A stretch of DNA of 64,000 bases from Flavobacteriaceae bacterium (lineage in GTDB: Bacteria; Bacteroidota; Bacteroidia; Flavobacteriales; Flavobacteriaceae): positions 17,808 through 81,807 of the forward strand of contig CBFHJD010000001.1 of NCBI GenBank assembly GCA_965656215.1, in the 5' to 3' direction. Within the stretch, counting starts at the first letter, position 1; every line of letters begins with the position of its first letter. Positions 1 through 9,492 of this stretch are shown one piece after another. A model generated the notes under the pieces. The model saw only the letters and a program-made list of their open reading frames with translations, was not told where the DNA came from and did no database searches. The position numbers were made by a program, and so were the translations under genes.

Positions 1-1137
1 GGCAATTTTTCCATTCTGAGAAACACTGAACATTCCACTACCGTAGGGTCGTCCTAATGTTGTCCCTCCTCGATTGTCAGCTATTTTTTTTTCTTTACCG
101 CTAATTGAGAGATATCCAATTTTCCCATTTCCTTGATGATCATAGTTGAAATAAAGACCCTTGCTTTCTGGATCCCATTGAATGGCTGAAATACTTGCGT
201 CAATGTCTTGACTTATTAATCGTTTATTAGAACCATTGGTGTCCATCAGGTAGAGCATTCTATTTTGATAAGCTTCTCTTTTATCATCAAAACCAATAAA
301 AGCAATCATTTTTCCATCAGGAGAAACTGAAGGAGCATAGTCCGGTCCATCTCGTTGAGTAAGTGACGAAATTTGTCCATTGTTTAAACTAATTTTATAA
401 ACCTCAGAATTTCTGAAATCATATTCCCAGTTAGCATTTCGATTGGCTGAAAAATAGAGTGATTTATTATCCTTTGACCAACTTATAGTTCCACGGTGAT
501 GAAAATCCCCTGAGGTAACTTGTTTTACTAAACCGCCGTTTGAACACATCACAAAAATATGACTGAAGCCAGTGGGTATGTAACCGCTACCGTCAGATTC
601 GTGGTTTAAACGATCAGTGATTCTTGGTTTTTTCGCCCATTGAGCACCCTTCGGACTTTTTGGAATTTTTGCAATAACTGGAGGAGGTGAGGGCACAAAC
701 ATACTAAATGCCAATTGCTTACCATCTCTAGACCATGTGAGTGATGACGGACTCTTTGCTAATTGTGTCATTCGAGCCATTTTAGAGCTTTGAGTCCAAT
801 ACATGAAAATTTCAGATCCATTCTTGCCCTGACTAATAAAGGCTATACGATCACCATCAGGTGACCATCTTGGGCTGTATTCATTCGTGTCACGAAGAGT
901 TAGTTTTTGATGATTACTGCCGTCTGTATTTAAAATCCACAAATCACCCACATTTTTATCCGACATGATATCATATCCCATTTTACGGTAAACAATTTGT
1001 TTTCCGTCTGGAGAGATTTGAACATCAGTAGCATACTGTAAAGCAAAAATATCCTCCATTTCAAATTTTTCTTGAGCCAAAAGATTACCGCTGAAAATCA
1101 AAAAAATAGCAGCGAAGAAGTAGTTGTTAGAAATCAT
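1..1137 (-). CDS. S9 family peptidase (prolyl oligopeptidase/acylaminoacyl-peptidase type), N-terminal beta-propeller part; 3' end lies outside the window
   Basis: The minus-strand frame is open from the ATG (1137..1135) to position 1. It is absent from the ORF track because it is truncated. My translation is MISNNYFFAAIFLIFSGNLLAQEKFEMEDIF..., with a signal peptide and repeated propeller motifs (YSPRWSPDGDRIAF, APSVSPDGKMIAF, WSRDGKQLAF) typical of S9 peptidase N-terminal domains. Confidence 0.7.
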   Translation of the reverse strand, partial: MISNNYFFAAIFLIFSGNLLAQEKFEMEDIFALQYATDVQISPDGKQIVYRKMGYDIMSDKNVGDLWILNTDGSNHQKLTLRDTNEYSPRWSPDGDRIAFISQGKNGSEIFMYWTQSSKMARMTQLAKSPSSLTWSRDGKQLAFSMFVPSPPPVIAKIPKSPKGAQWAKKPRITDRLNHESDGSGYIPTGFSHIFVMCSNGGLVKQVTSGDFHHRGTISWSKDNKSLYFSANRNANWEYDFRNSEVYKISLNNGQISSLTQRDGPDYAPSVSPDGKMIAFIGFDDKREAYQNRMLYLMDTNGSNKRLISQDIDASISAIQWDPESKGLYFNYDHQGNGKIGYLSISGKEKKIADNRGGTTLGRPYGSGMFSVSQNGKIA

Positions 1138-1521
1138 GTGTTTTTATGTTAAAAATTAAAGAATCAGATAAATTAAGTTAATTGGCTTGTAAAGGGTAAG
1201 AAATTTTAATAGACTAAAAATAAGAGATTAAAATACAAATTCTAAGTTTAGTAAAAGAGTGTATTCATTTTTTAAAATTTAATTCTTTTGACTCAAACTT
1301 CTCAAGCCATTTTATATTTATTTTGTTAATAATTACTTTCTTAGTCATTTTACAGGCTGTTTAAATAATTGTATTTCAGATATTTATATGACTTTACTCA
1401 CCAATCTTAAGTGTAGAAAAAACCTCCCTTTTTATTTATATTTATTCTAAATAATGTTTTTTCTTTTCTGTTTTTTTAATAATTTAGCAGCGTTAATTTA
1501 GACTAATTATAAATAAGTAAA

Positions 1522-2751
1522 ATGAATTTAAAGATAGTATCGTGTTTTATGGGACTTATGATGTTGTCGAATTGTGGTAATACAGATATTAATGCAGAAA
1601 TTCAAGAGGTAGAGACAGAGATTGCTGATACTTCAACTAATACCGTATATGTTTTGCCTGAAAATTATTCTTTTTCACGAAATGGAATTTCAACAGTTTA
1701 TTACACCGGTCAAACTGCAAGACTTAAAATGGCTACCGAATTAAAATTTGCAATGAATGACATTTCTTACACTCAAGAGCAATTGGATGCTATGTTTAAT
1801 TTTGGAACAGGCTTTATTGATTCTACTCTCGATGAAAGCGGTAAAAATATTGGATCCAAAACAGCCGCTTCACCTGTGGCATCTGCTACGGTAAAGCCAA
1901 TGTTTGATAAATGGATTGAAGAATTTTCCTCAGTAGTAGCACCAGCGGTGTTAGCCGACCATACTGCCTCCGCAGGTGTAGCAGGAATATACACTGAAGC
2001 TGATGGATCTAGAACTGTTAAAGTTACAGCCAAGGGTTTTGAGTTGAATCAAATTTTTTCAAAGGGATTGATCGGTGCGCTTCAGCTCGATCAAATTATA
2101 AATAATTATTTGTCTTTTTCTAAGCTAAACGGAGGTAGAGAAGGGAACGATGATTTGGTGTTTGAATACACTTACCCGGGTGAAGCTGACCCTACAATAA
2201 CCCGAATGGAACATAATTGGGATGAAGCATTTGGCTATTTGTATGGACTTGATAGTCAGTTTAAATCTGGCCTTGGTGATACTTTCACAGGAAAGGATAC
2301 TACCAATCTTAATTACTATTTAAATAAAGTCAACTCTCAAGAAAACGAAGAAGGAATTTCAGATAAAATATATGCTTCATTTATAGCAGGTAGAGCAGCA
2401 ATTGTAAACAAAGATTACGAACAGCGCGATTATCAAGCAGCTATTATAGCAACTGAACTATCCAAAGTGGTTGGTTATAAAGCTCAATCATATTTAATAG
2501 ACGGGGCAGAACATATCACAAACGGTGATTGGGCAGCTGCTTTACATGCATTATCTGAGGCCTACGGATTCATTCTTGGTCTTCAATTTACAAAAGATGC
2601 AACAGCCACTGCTTACATGAGCAATCAAGAAGTAAATGATTTGCTTGAAAGATTAGCCGCTGGAGATGGGGGTTTTTGGGAAAGAACACCTGATCAATTG
2701 ATTACTATGGCAGAGGAGGTTGCTGCTGCTACCGGACTAACATTACCATAA
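1522..2751 (+). CDS. DUF4856-like lipoprotein (first gene of the imelysin/HTTM/TonB-receptor operon)
   Basis: 409-aa ORF with a lipoprotein signal ending in the lipobox LSNC. Family assignment is from memory of DUF4856 proteins, which sit next to imelysin genes in Bacteroidota, and needs an HMM check. Confidence 0.6.
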   Translation: MNLKIVSCFMGLMMLSNCGNTDINAEIQEVETEIADTSTNTVYVLPENYSFSRNGISTVYYTGQTARLKMATELKFAMNDISYTQEQLDAMFNFGTGFIDSTLDESGKNIGSKTAASPVASATVKPMFDKWIEEFSSVVAPAVLADHTASAGVAGIYTEADGSRTVKVTAKGFELNQIFSKGLIGALQLDQIINNYLSFSKLNGGREGNDDLVFEYTYPGEADPTITRMEHNWDEAFGYLYGLDSQFKSGLGDTFTGKDTTNLNYYLNKVNSQENEEGISDKIYASFIAGRAAIVNKDYEQRDYQAAIIATELSKVVGYKAQSYLIDGAEHITNGDWAAALHALSEAYGFILGLQFTKDATATAYMSNQEVNDLLERLAAGDGGFWERTPDQLITMAEEVAAATGLTLP

Positions 2752-2827
2752 ATTAATGATAAAGAAATTTTTAAAATATAATCCTTTTAATACAAGTACC
2801 TTAATTAAGTTACTCATCCTTTCGCTT

Positions 2828-4027
2828 ATGAAAAAGATTAAATTAAGACCCCTATTTTTGATGGCTTTATTTTTTGTTCAATGTAGTGTTGATGATGCAG
2901 GGTCAATAGTAGAACTTTCGCAGAACTTAAATTCTGACAAAACTCAAGATGTTTTGAATACCGGTAGTGGAGATTCAGTTGTAAGTAATCAAACGGTTAC
3001 TGCTTCTTCATTTGATCATCAGGCAATGTTAATAAATTGGGCTGACAATATTATAATTCCCTCAATTTCGATTTTTGAAAATGCTCTTTATGAATTAAAA
3101 AACAAGGCTTTAGATCATGTTGATTCCCCTACTGCAGTTACTTTATCTAACTTAAGAGGTGCTTGGTTAAACGGCTATTTGAAGTGGCAATATGTTGAAA
3201 TGTTTGACATAGGAATTGCTGAGGAAATTTATTATAAAAACAGAATCAATCTCTATCCAGCAAACAGTAATAAAATAGAGTCAAATATTGCGAGTTTAGA
3301 CTATAACCTTGATGCATCTTCAAATTTTACCGCTCAAGGGTTTAATGGGTTGGATTATTTGCTGTATGGCATAGCAGAGGATGACACAGAAATTCTGAAT
3401 AAATATTCAGCACCTGAATTAAACTATTCTACCTACTTAATCGATCTTATTGATGAAATGATTGAGTTGACGAATCAAGTCAGTGACAGTTGGGATGATG
3501 AATTTCGTGATTCATTTATTAATTCAACCGAGAATACTGCGACCTCAAGCATTAACAAAGTGATTAATGATTTTATTTTTTATTTCGAAAAAGGCTTTAG
3601 AGCAAACAAAATCGGTATTCCAGCGGGTGTTTTTTCAGATAGACCACTGCCTGATCGAGTTGAAGCATATTATGCAAAAGTTTACTCAAAACTTTTAGCT
3701 ACTGAGGCAACTAAGGCAATAAAAAACTTTTTTAATGGTAGTGGCCGTGAGGACGAAAATCTTACTGGATTAGGCATTAGTGATTATTTAGATTATATCG
3801 AAATTGACAATGAGTCCAAGCTCAGCAGAAAAGTTAATGATCAACTAGAAACGATTGAATTGAAATTAGCTGAGCTCAATCCAGATTTTAGCGTTCAAGT
3901 AGTTCAAGACAATCTCCCAATGCTCTATGCATATGATGTTATCCAAGCAAACGTAGTATTGTTAAAAGTTGACATGCTGCAAAAGCTGAATATAAACGTT
4001 GACTATGCTGATGCTGATGGCGACTAA
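2828..4027 (+). CDS. imelysin-like (Peptidase_M75 family) lipoprotein
   Basis: The track ORF starts at 2756. The internal ATG at 2828 gives a classical lipoprotein signal MKKIKLRPLFLMALFFVQC. Imelysin-like segments are present (AWLNGYLKWQYVEMFDIG; AQGFNGLDYLLYG at the place of the GxHxxE motif). Confidence 0.7.
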   Translation: MKKIKLRPLFLMALFFVQCSVDDAGSIVELSQNLNSDKTQDVLNTGSGDSVVSNQTVTASSFDHQAMLINWADNIIIPSISIFENALYELKNKALDHVDSPTAVTLSNLRGAWLNGYLKWQYVEMFDIGIAEEIYYKNRINLYPANSNKIESNIASLDYNLDASSNFTAQGFNGLDYLLYGIAEDDTEILNKYSAPELNYSTYLIDLIDEMIELTNQVSDSWDDEFRDSFINSTENTATSSINKVINDFIFYFEKGFRANKIGIPAGVFSDRPLPDRVEAYYAKVYSKLLATEATKAIKNFFNGSGREDENLTGLGISDYLDYIEIDNESKLSRKVNDQLETIELKLAELNPDFSVQVVQDNLPMLYAYDVIQANVVLLKVDMLQKLNINVDYADADGD

Positions 4028-4064
4028 TGTACCAATGATCAGATTTTTAAATCAGTCTTTTTAA

Positions 4065-5453
4065 ATGTTTAAATTCATCCAAAACTATTATTCAAATAAG
4101 AATGCTCATCCAGCATCCTTGGCATTTTTTAGAATAACTTTTGGTGGATTGATGTTTTTTTCAACACTTCGATTTTGGTTAAAAGGGTGGATAGAAACAC
4201 TTTATATCAAGCCAAGTTATCATTTTAAATACTTTGGATTTGAGTGGGTTGATGATTTTGGATCATTGACCTATTTACTTTTTATCATATGCCTTATTAC
4301 TTCATTATTTGTGATGTTAGGGTATAAGTACAAAGTATCAATGATTTCGTTTTTTTTCATCTTTACTTATATTGAGTTGATCGACAAAACGACGTATTTA
4401 AATCATTATTATTTGACCAGCTGCCTTGCCTTTATATTGTGCTTTCTGCCGGCGGGTAATTACTTTTCTTTAGACAGTTATTTTTCTGGCCAAAAGGCTG
4501 ACAGGATTCCCATTTGGATGGTAGATGTGCTTAAGCTGTTTATCTGTATTGTTTATTTTTATGCGGGGATTGCAAAAATAAATTCAGACTGGCTTTTAGA
4601 CGCTCAGCCCTTATCTTTATGGCTGAAGTCTAAATACGACTTACCCCTTATAGGTCAAAACCTAATGCAACTAAAAGCAACTCATTATTTGGCGAGTTGG
4701 TTTGGAATGCTATATGATGTTCTTATTCCATTTTTCCTCCTTTATACTAGAACAAAATATATTGCTTTTGTTTTTGTAATTGTTTTCCATGTCTTGACTA
4801 GGGTGTTTTTTCCTTCTATTGGGATGTTTCCGTACATTATGATTTCAAGTGCAGTTATTTTTTTTGATTCTAGTATTCACCTCAAGCTTTTATCTTTTAT
4901 CAAAACAACTCTTGTTAAAATCAACTCATTTTTCAAACTTAAGATCAAGCCATTCAGGACTAAAGTCAAGACTAAAACCATTCAGCCAAACCGTTTGATT
5001 TTTATTTCTTTAGGTTGTTTTTTGATCATTCAGCTCCTCTTTCCTCTAAGGTATTTACTGTATCCGGGTGAACTTTTTTGGAATGAGCAAGGATATCGAT
5101 TTTCATGGAGGGTTATGCTCGTAGAAAAAAGAGGAGACATTACATTTAAAGTAAAGGATAGTGTTAGTAAAACTTTTTTTTATGTAAAAAACGAAGATTT
5201 TCTGACCCCTTTTCAAGAAAAACAGATGAGCTTTCAGCCAGACTTTATTCTTGAATTTGCACACCATCTAGGCGCCTTTTACAAGGCAAAAGGGTATGAG
5301 CATATTCAGATTTTTGCAAATAGTTTCGTTGCCCTTAACGGTCGTCCTAGTCAAAGGTTTATCGATCCACATTTTAATTTACTAAAAGCAAGAGAATCGT
5401 TTTACAATAAAAATTGGATTTTACCTCTAAATGATGAAATTAAAGGTCTTTAG
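4065..5453 (+). CDS. HTTM domain-containing polytopic membrane protein (vitamin K-dependent gamma-carboxylase-like)
   Basis: 462 aa. The N-terminus FRITFGGLMFFSTLRFWLKGWIETLYIKPSYHFKYFGFEWV is typical of HTTM domains, and there are multiple hydrophobic helices. The stop overlaps the next gene by 23 nt. Confidence 0.8.
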   Translation: MFKFIQNYYSNKNAHPASLAFFRITFGGLMFFSTLRFWLKGWIETLYIKPSYHFKYFGFEWVDDFGSLTYLLFIICLITSLFVMLGYKYKVSMISFFFIFTYIELIDKTTYLNHYYLTSCLAFILCFLPAGNYFSLDSYFSGQKADRIPIWMVDVLKLFICIVYFYAGIAKINSDWLLDAQPLSLWLKSKYDLPLIGQNLMQLKATHYLASWFGMLYDVLIPFFLLYTRTKYIAFVFVIVFHVLTRVFFPSIGMFPYIMISSAVIFFDSSIHLKLLSFIKTTLVKINSFFKLKIKPFRTKVKTKTIQPNRLIFISLGCFLIIQLLFPLRYLLYPGELFWNEQGYRFSWRVMLVEKRGDITFKVKDSVSKTFFYVKNEDFLTPFQEKQMSFQPDFILEFAHHLGAFYKAKGYEHIQIFANSFVALNGRPSQRFIDPHFNLLKARESFYNKNWILPLNDEIKGL

Positions 5454-7857
5454 TTTACTTTTCGCACTTTTTACCACCACACTTTTTTCTCAAAAATTAG
5501 TGAAAGGAATAGTGGTTTATACTGATGATAGCGAATCTCAGTTAAAGATTAAAATTTATGAAAAAAAGATTGGATTTATAACTGAAACAAAAGTCAATGA
5601 GATTTTTGAATTTGAACTGTATCAATCAAATGCGGAATTGATATTTGTTTCTGACGGGTTTCCTTCTGTCAATAAATTAATTGATTTGAAAGCGCAGGAC
5701 AATCCTTTTATTCGTATTGAGCTTAAGGCAGAAGAACTGTCAGAAGTTATTCTTAGTGCAAAAAGGAAAGAAGTTTTTTTGCTGAAAAGAATGGATGACT
5801 TTGAACAAACAGAGATTTATGCCGGAAAAAAAAATGAAGTAATTCTTGTGGAGCAGTCCATGGGAAATTTGGCATCTAATAATTCAAGGCAAATTTTCAA
5901 TCAAATACCAGGACTCAATATTTATCAGAATGATGATGCAGGTTTACAGCTCAATGTTGGTGGTCGGGGTCTTGATCCAAATCGAACCTCAAATTTTAAT
6001 ACGCGTCAGAATGGATATGACATTAGTGCTGATGTATTAGGTTATCCAGAGAGTTATTACACTCCTCCTGCAGAGGGACTAGAAGAAATTCAAGTTATAC
6101 GTGGTGCAGCTTCTTTACAATACGGAACTCAATTTGGAGGATTGATCAATTTTAAACTAAAAAAGCCAGACCCCCTCAAACCCTTTACATTTACTTCAAG
6201 AAATACAGTAGGGTCAAACAATTTATTTACCAATTTTTCAATGGCTTCTGGCACACTTAATAAATTTAAATACATCGGTTTTGTCAATCTAAAACAAGGA
6301 GATGGGTTTAGATCGAATTCTGAATTTAATTCGTCAAACATTTTCTTTCAAGTAGGTTATGATTTCTCTGATCAAACTTCAATCACTGCTGAGATTACAT
6401 ATCTCGATTACCTATCACAGCAAGGAGGGGGACTTTCTGATTCTATGTTTAAAGAAAATCCTTACCAAAGTAACAGATCGCGTAATTGGTTTGCATTGTC
6501 TTGGTTGTTATACAACCTCAAATTTCAGCATTCGTTTAGCTCTGATTCAAATTTAAGTTTGAATTTATTTGGATTGGATGCTCAAAGAAATGCAATCGGT
6601 TTTAGGTCAAATCGCGTAAATCAGATTGATCCAAATCAAGAAAGAGACCTTATTAAAGGTGATTTTAATAATATTGGTGTTGAATTAAGATGGCTTAAGC
6701 GGTATGAAATCGGCGGTATAAATTCTGTATTCTTAATTGGAGGTAAATATTACAATTCAGATAATTCCTCACAACAAGGCCCAGGATCTAGTGGCAGCAA
6801 TGCTGATTTTCGTTTCCTGCTGAATGAATTTCCTGATTACAATCAACAGTCAGCGTACAATTACCCCAACCAAAACTTAGCGCTATTTGCAGAGCATATC
6901 TTTTATGTACTTCCTGAGTTGTCTATTACTCCGGGTATTCGATTCGAGTTTATTGAAACAGGAGCTTTTGGTGAATACAAAAAAATTAATACTGATGCCG
7001 CTGGAAATGTAATTTTAAATAAAACGATAGTTACCTCAGAAAAGCGAAGAAGAGACTTTGCCCTTTTTGGACTTGGAATAGGGTACAAACCTTATAAAGA
7101 GCTAGAATTTTATGGTAATGTATCAGAAAACTATCGCTCTGTTACTTTTACAGATATTAGCATTATTAATCCTGCGTATATAATCAATCCAGAAATTTCT
7201 GATGAAAAGGGCTTTACAACTGATTTCGGTATCAGAGGCAGGTTTAAAAAATCTTTTTCATTTGATGCCAATCTGTTTCGAATCTTTTATAATGATAGAA
7301 TTGGATTTATTCAAAAAAGATTCAATGATGGCAGTGTTAAAGCGGAAAGAGGCAATGTTGGTGATGCTGTGCTTTACGGTTTAGAATCTTTATTGGATTT
7401 CAATATCAAAGAAATCACCAAGCTTAAAAACACTAATTTTCTTTTGAATTATTTCATCAATTTTTCTCTGATTAATTCTGAATATACAGCCTCAAGTACT
7501 CCAGGCGTAGAGGGTAAAGAAGTGGAATTTGTACCTAAGATTAATTTAAAAACAGGATTTAAAATAGGTTATGAAAACTATTCTTTTAACGTTCAGTATA
7601 GTTATTTGTCAGCTCAATTTTCTGATTCCTCAAATGCACTTGAAGGTAATCTAAGTGGTGTGATTGGGTTGATTCCAGCGTATGATGTTTTAGACCTGTC
7701 TTCATCCTATTCTAGAGGAAGATTTAGATTTGAGTTTGGAATCAATAACGCATTAAACGAATCCTACTTTACTCGAAGAGCAACTGGCTATCCGGGTCCG
7801 GGCATTATTCCTTCCTCAAATCGAAATCTGTATTTAACAATTCAATTCAAAATTTAG
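5431..7857 (+). CDS. TonB-dependent receptor
   Basis: 808 aa with signal peptide MMKLKVFSLLFALFTTTLFSQ and an N-terminal carboxypeptidase-regulatory-like segment. It has a plug motif (IQVIRGAASLQYGTQFGGLINF) and a long beta-barrel region. Confidence 0.9.
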   Translation: MMKLKVFSLLFALFTTTLFSQKLVKGIVVYTDDSESQLKIKIYEKKIGFITETKVNEIFEFELYQSNAELIFVSDGFPSVNKLIDLKAQDNPFIRIELKAEELSEVILSAKRKEVFLLKRMDDFEQTEIYAGKKNEVILVEQSMGNLASNNSRQIFNQIPGLNIYQNDDAGLQLNVGGRGLDPNRTSNFNTRQNGYDISADVLGYPESYYTPPAEGLEEIQVIRGAASLQYGTQFGGLINFKLKKPDPLKPFTFTSRNTVGSNNLFTNFSMASGTLNKFKYIGFVNLKQGDGFRSNSEFNSSNIFFQVGYDFSDQTSITAEITYLDYLSQQGGGLSDSMFKENPYQSNRSRNWFALSWLLYNLKFQHSFSSDSNLSLNLFGLDAQRNAIGFRSNRVNQIDPNQERDLIKGDFNNIGVELRWLKRYEIGGINSVFLIGGKYYNSDNSSQQGPGSSGSNADFRFLLNEFPDYNQQSAYNYPNQNLALFAEHIFYVLPELSITPGIRFEFIETGAFGEYKKINTDAAGNVILNKTIVTSEKRRRDFALFGLGIGYKPYKELEFYGNVSENYRSVTFTDISIINPAYIINPEISDEKGFTTDFGIRGRFKKSFSFDANLFRIFYNDRIGFIQKRFNDGSVKAERGNVGDAVLYGLESLLDFNIKEITKLKNTNFLLNYFINFSLINSEYTASSTPGVEGKEVEFVPKINLKTGFKIGYENYSFNVQYSYLSAQFSDSSNALEGNLSGVIGLIPAYDVLDLSSSYSRGRFRFEFGINNALNESYFTRRATGYPGPGIIPSSNRNLYLTIQFKI

Positions 7858-7880
7858 ATCTTGAGTGTAAAAAATTACGC

Positions 7881-7914
7881 AAAAAAAAGCTCCTCATGAA
7901 AATGAGGAGCTTTT
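7881..7914. terminator. bidirectional intrinsic terminator between the TonB receptor and the convergent 264-aa gene
   Basis: Sequence is A8-GCTCCTCAT-gaaa-ATGAGGAGC-TTTT. The 9-bp perfect stem is flanked by an A-run and a T-run. Confidence 0.8.
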
Positions 7915-7936
7915 GCTGTTAGTAATTAAATGGTTA

Positions 7937-8731
7937 CTACCAACTGGTAATTAATTCATTGTTTTCATCTAAATACATCACCCGTTGCCAAATAACTCTT
8001 TTCCAGAAACCTGGAGTTTTTAATTTGCCTAAGCTCTCCATTTCTTCTGGCCAATCGATAGACTGCATATCAAAAGGAGCAAATGCATCACTGAATTTTT
8101 CATAAAAATCTACAGTATAGCTATTAAAAGCATAATCATATCCTTGAGGGGAAAGAACATTTACAGTAATCCAACCTTTTTGTTTGGTTTTACCTTGTTT
8201 CATTAATTTCGAGAAAAATGGCTTCATGATTCTAGATTCTTCCGAGAGGTATAATGCTGGATTGGTTGCTTTTACAAAGTTTTGAACTACATAATTCCAA
8301 CTGTCATCTTTCGCCCAAACTCCGTCAACATTTTGAACAATTAGATTGGCTACATTGTATTTTTCTTGCTTAAGATCGTCTTCAATAAGTGCCCAGGTTT
8401 CAGGATTCATAGCATTTTGAACTGCTTTTTCAGCAGCAGCATAGTTTTTCCCTAAATTATTTAAGTTCTCCATAGATCCAGGAGCCACACGGGTCATTAC
8501 ATTAGCTTCAGAAGCTCTTCCTCCACTTCTTTTGACGTGTATGGACCATCCTGTAATCTGCCCCTTTTCTTTTAGATGGGCAGCAACTTGACTCCAATAG
8601 ATCGCTTCATTTTGCACAAATGTTTTCATTTCCTGACTAGGAATATTACGATACCCTAACCTGGCAATATTTTGTGAGGAAATAGGTTGTCCTAATGCGA
8701 TTAGGGCAACGAAAAGAATTAGTTTTTTCAT
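7937..8731 (-). CDS. hypothetical secreted protein
   Basis: 264-aa ORF with signal peptide MKKLILFVALIALGQPISSQ. I recognise no family. The two halves look like an internal duplication by eye. Confidence 0.6.
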   Translation of the reverse strand: MKKLILFVALIALGQPISSQNIARLGYRNIPSQEMKTFVQNEAIYWSQVAAHLKEKGQITGWSIHVKRSGGRASEANVMTRVAPGSMENLNNLGKNYAAAEKAVQNAMNPETWALIEDDLKQEKYNVANLIVQNVDGVWAKDDSWNYVVQNFVKATNPALYLSEESRIMKPFFSKLMKQGKTKQKGWITVNVLSPQGYDYAFNSYTVDFYEKFSDAFAPFDMQSIDWPEEMESLGKLKTPGFWKRVIWQRVMYLDENNELITSW

Positions 8732-8750
8732 TTATTTAAAGTTTGATTGA

Positions 8751-9245
8751 TTATTTAAGTAAGCCTGCTTTTTTCATTTCCCTCATTTCAATTGTAGGAT
8801 CGTAAATCCAACTTGTAAGGGCTACTTTACCATCTACCCACTTAAATGAAGCAAATACAGGGATAACTGTTTCTTCGCCATTGCGCTTCACTGTTCCGGT
8901 CCAATTGGTATAAAAATGACTCCAAACCTGATTGTTATTGTTTTCGTCATAAACAGTGGTTTCTGAAAAGCTCCAAGCTAAAGAGATATCATTGTAAAGA
9001 ACAGCATGGTGTGCCATATAGGCTTGTTTAACCTGAGTCTTGCTAAAGTTTTGGCCGTTAATCATAAAGACTGTATCATCAGTATAGACTTCATCAAAAG
9101 TCGTATAATCGTTGGACTCGTATTCTGAGGTCATTTTGGCAATGGCTTTTGAATACTTGTCACCCGTGGTTGTAACTCCAGTAATATCTTGTCCTACAAT
9201 TATAGTGGACAAAAGAAAAGTGAAAAATAAAATAGATTGTTTCAT
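8751..9245 (-). CDS. hypothetical secreted protein, possibly NTF2/SnoaL-like fold
   Basis: 164 aa with signal peptide MKQSILFFTFLLSTIIVGQ. The size and sequence pattern resemble SnoaL-like proteins, but this is a weak assignment. It lies 19 nt upstream of the 264-aa gene. Confidence 0.45.
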   Translation of the reverse strand: MKQSILFFTFLLSTIIVGQDITGVTTTGDKYSKAIAKMTSEYESNDYTTFDEVYTDDTVFMINGQNFSKTQVKQAYMAHHAVLYNDISLAWSFSETTVYDENNNNQVWSHFYTNWTGTVKRNGEETVIPVFASFKWVDGKVALTSWIYDPTIEMREMKKAGLLK

Positions 9246-9492
9246 TTAAATTGATTTATGGTTTGTAATAATTTAAAGTTACTAAAAGCATTTAAATTAA
9301 ACCATGTGTATTTTATGAAATAACAATTTAAAAAAAAGAAGTAAACGTTAAATTAACAATGGGTTAGTGCGCAAAATTTATTCATCAAAAGTTGGTTTTT
9401 AAAAAAAAATTCGAAATAGTATTAAACTTTTTTTTATCCTGCATGTCTTATAAGTTTACATATATCCTAAAGTTTCATTTAAAATCTCTTTT

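Noticed and set aside
2756-2827. Upstream extensions of several track ORFs: imelysin gene 2756, amidohydrolase gene 27667, rho 48862, hypothetical gene 49766, and TTG starts at 34339, 50346, 58134 and 59841
   Set aside because: Internal ATGs give proper signal peptides or conserved N-termini. In several cases a TAnnTTTG promoter box lies inside the extension.
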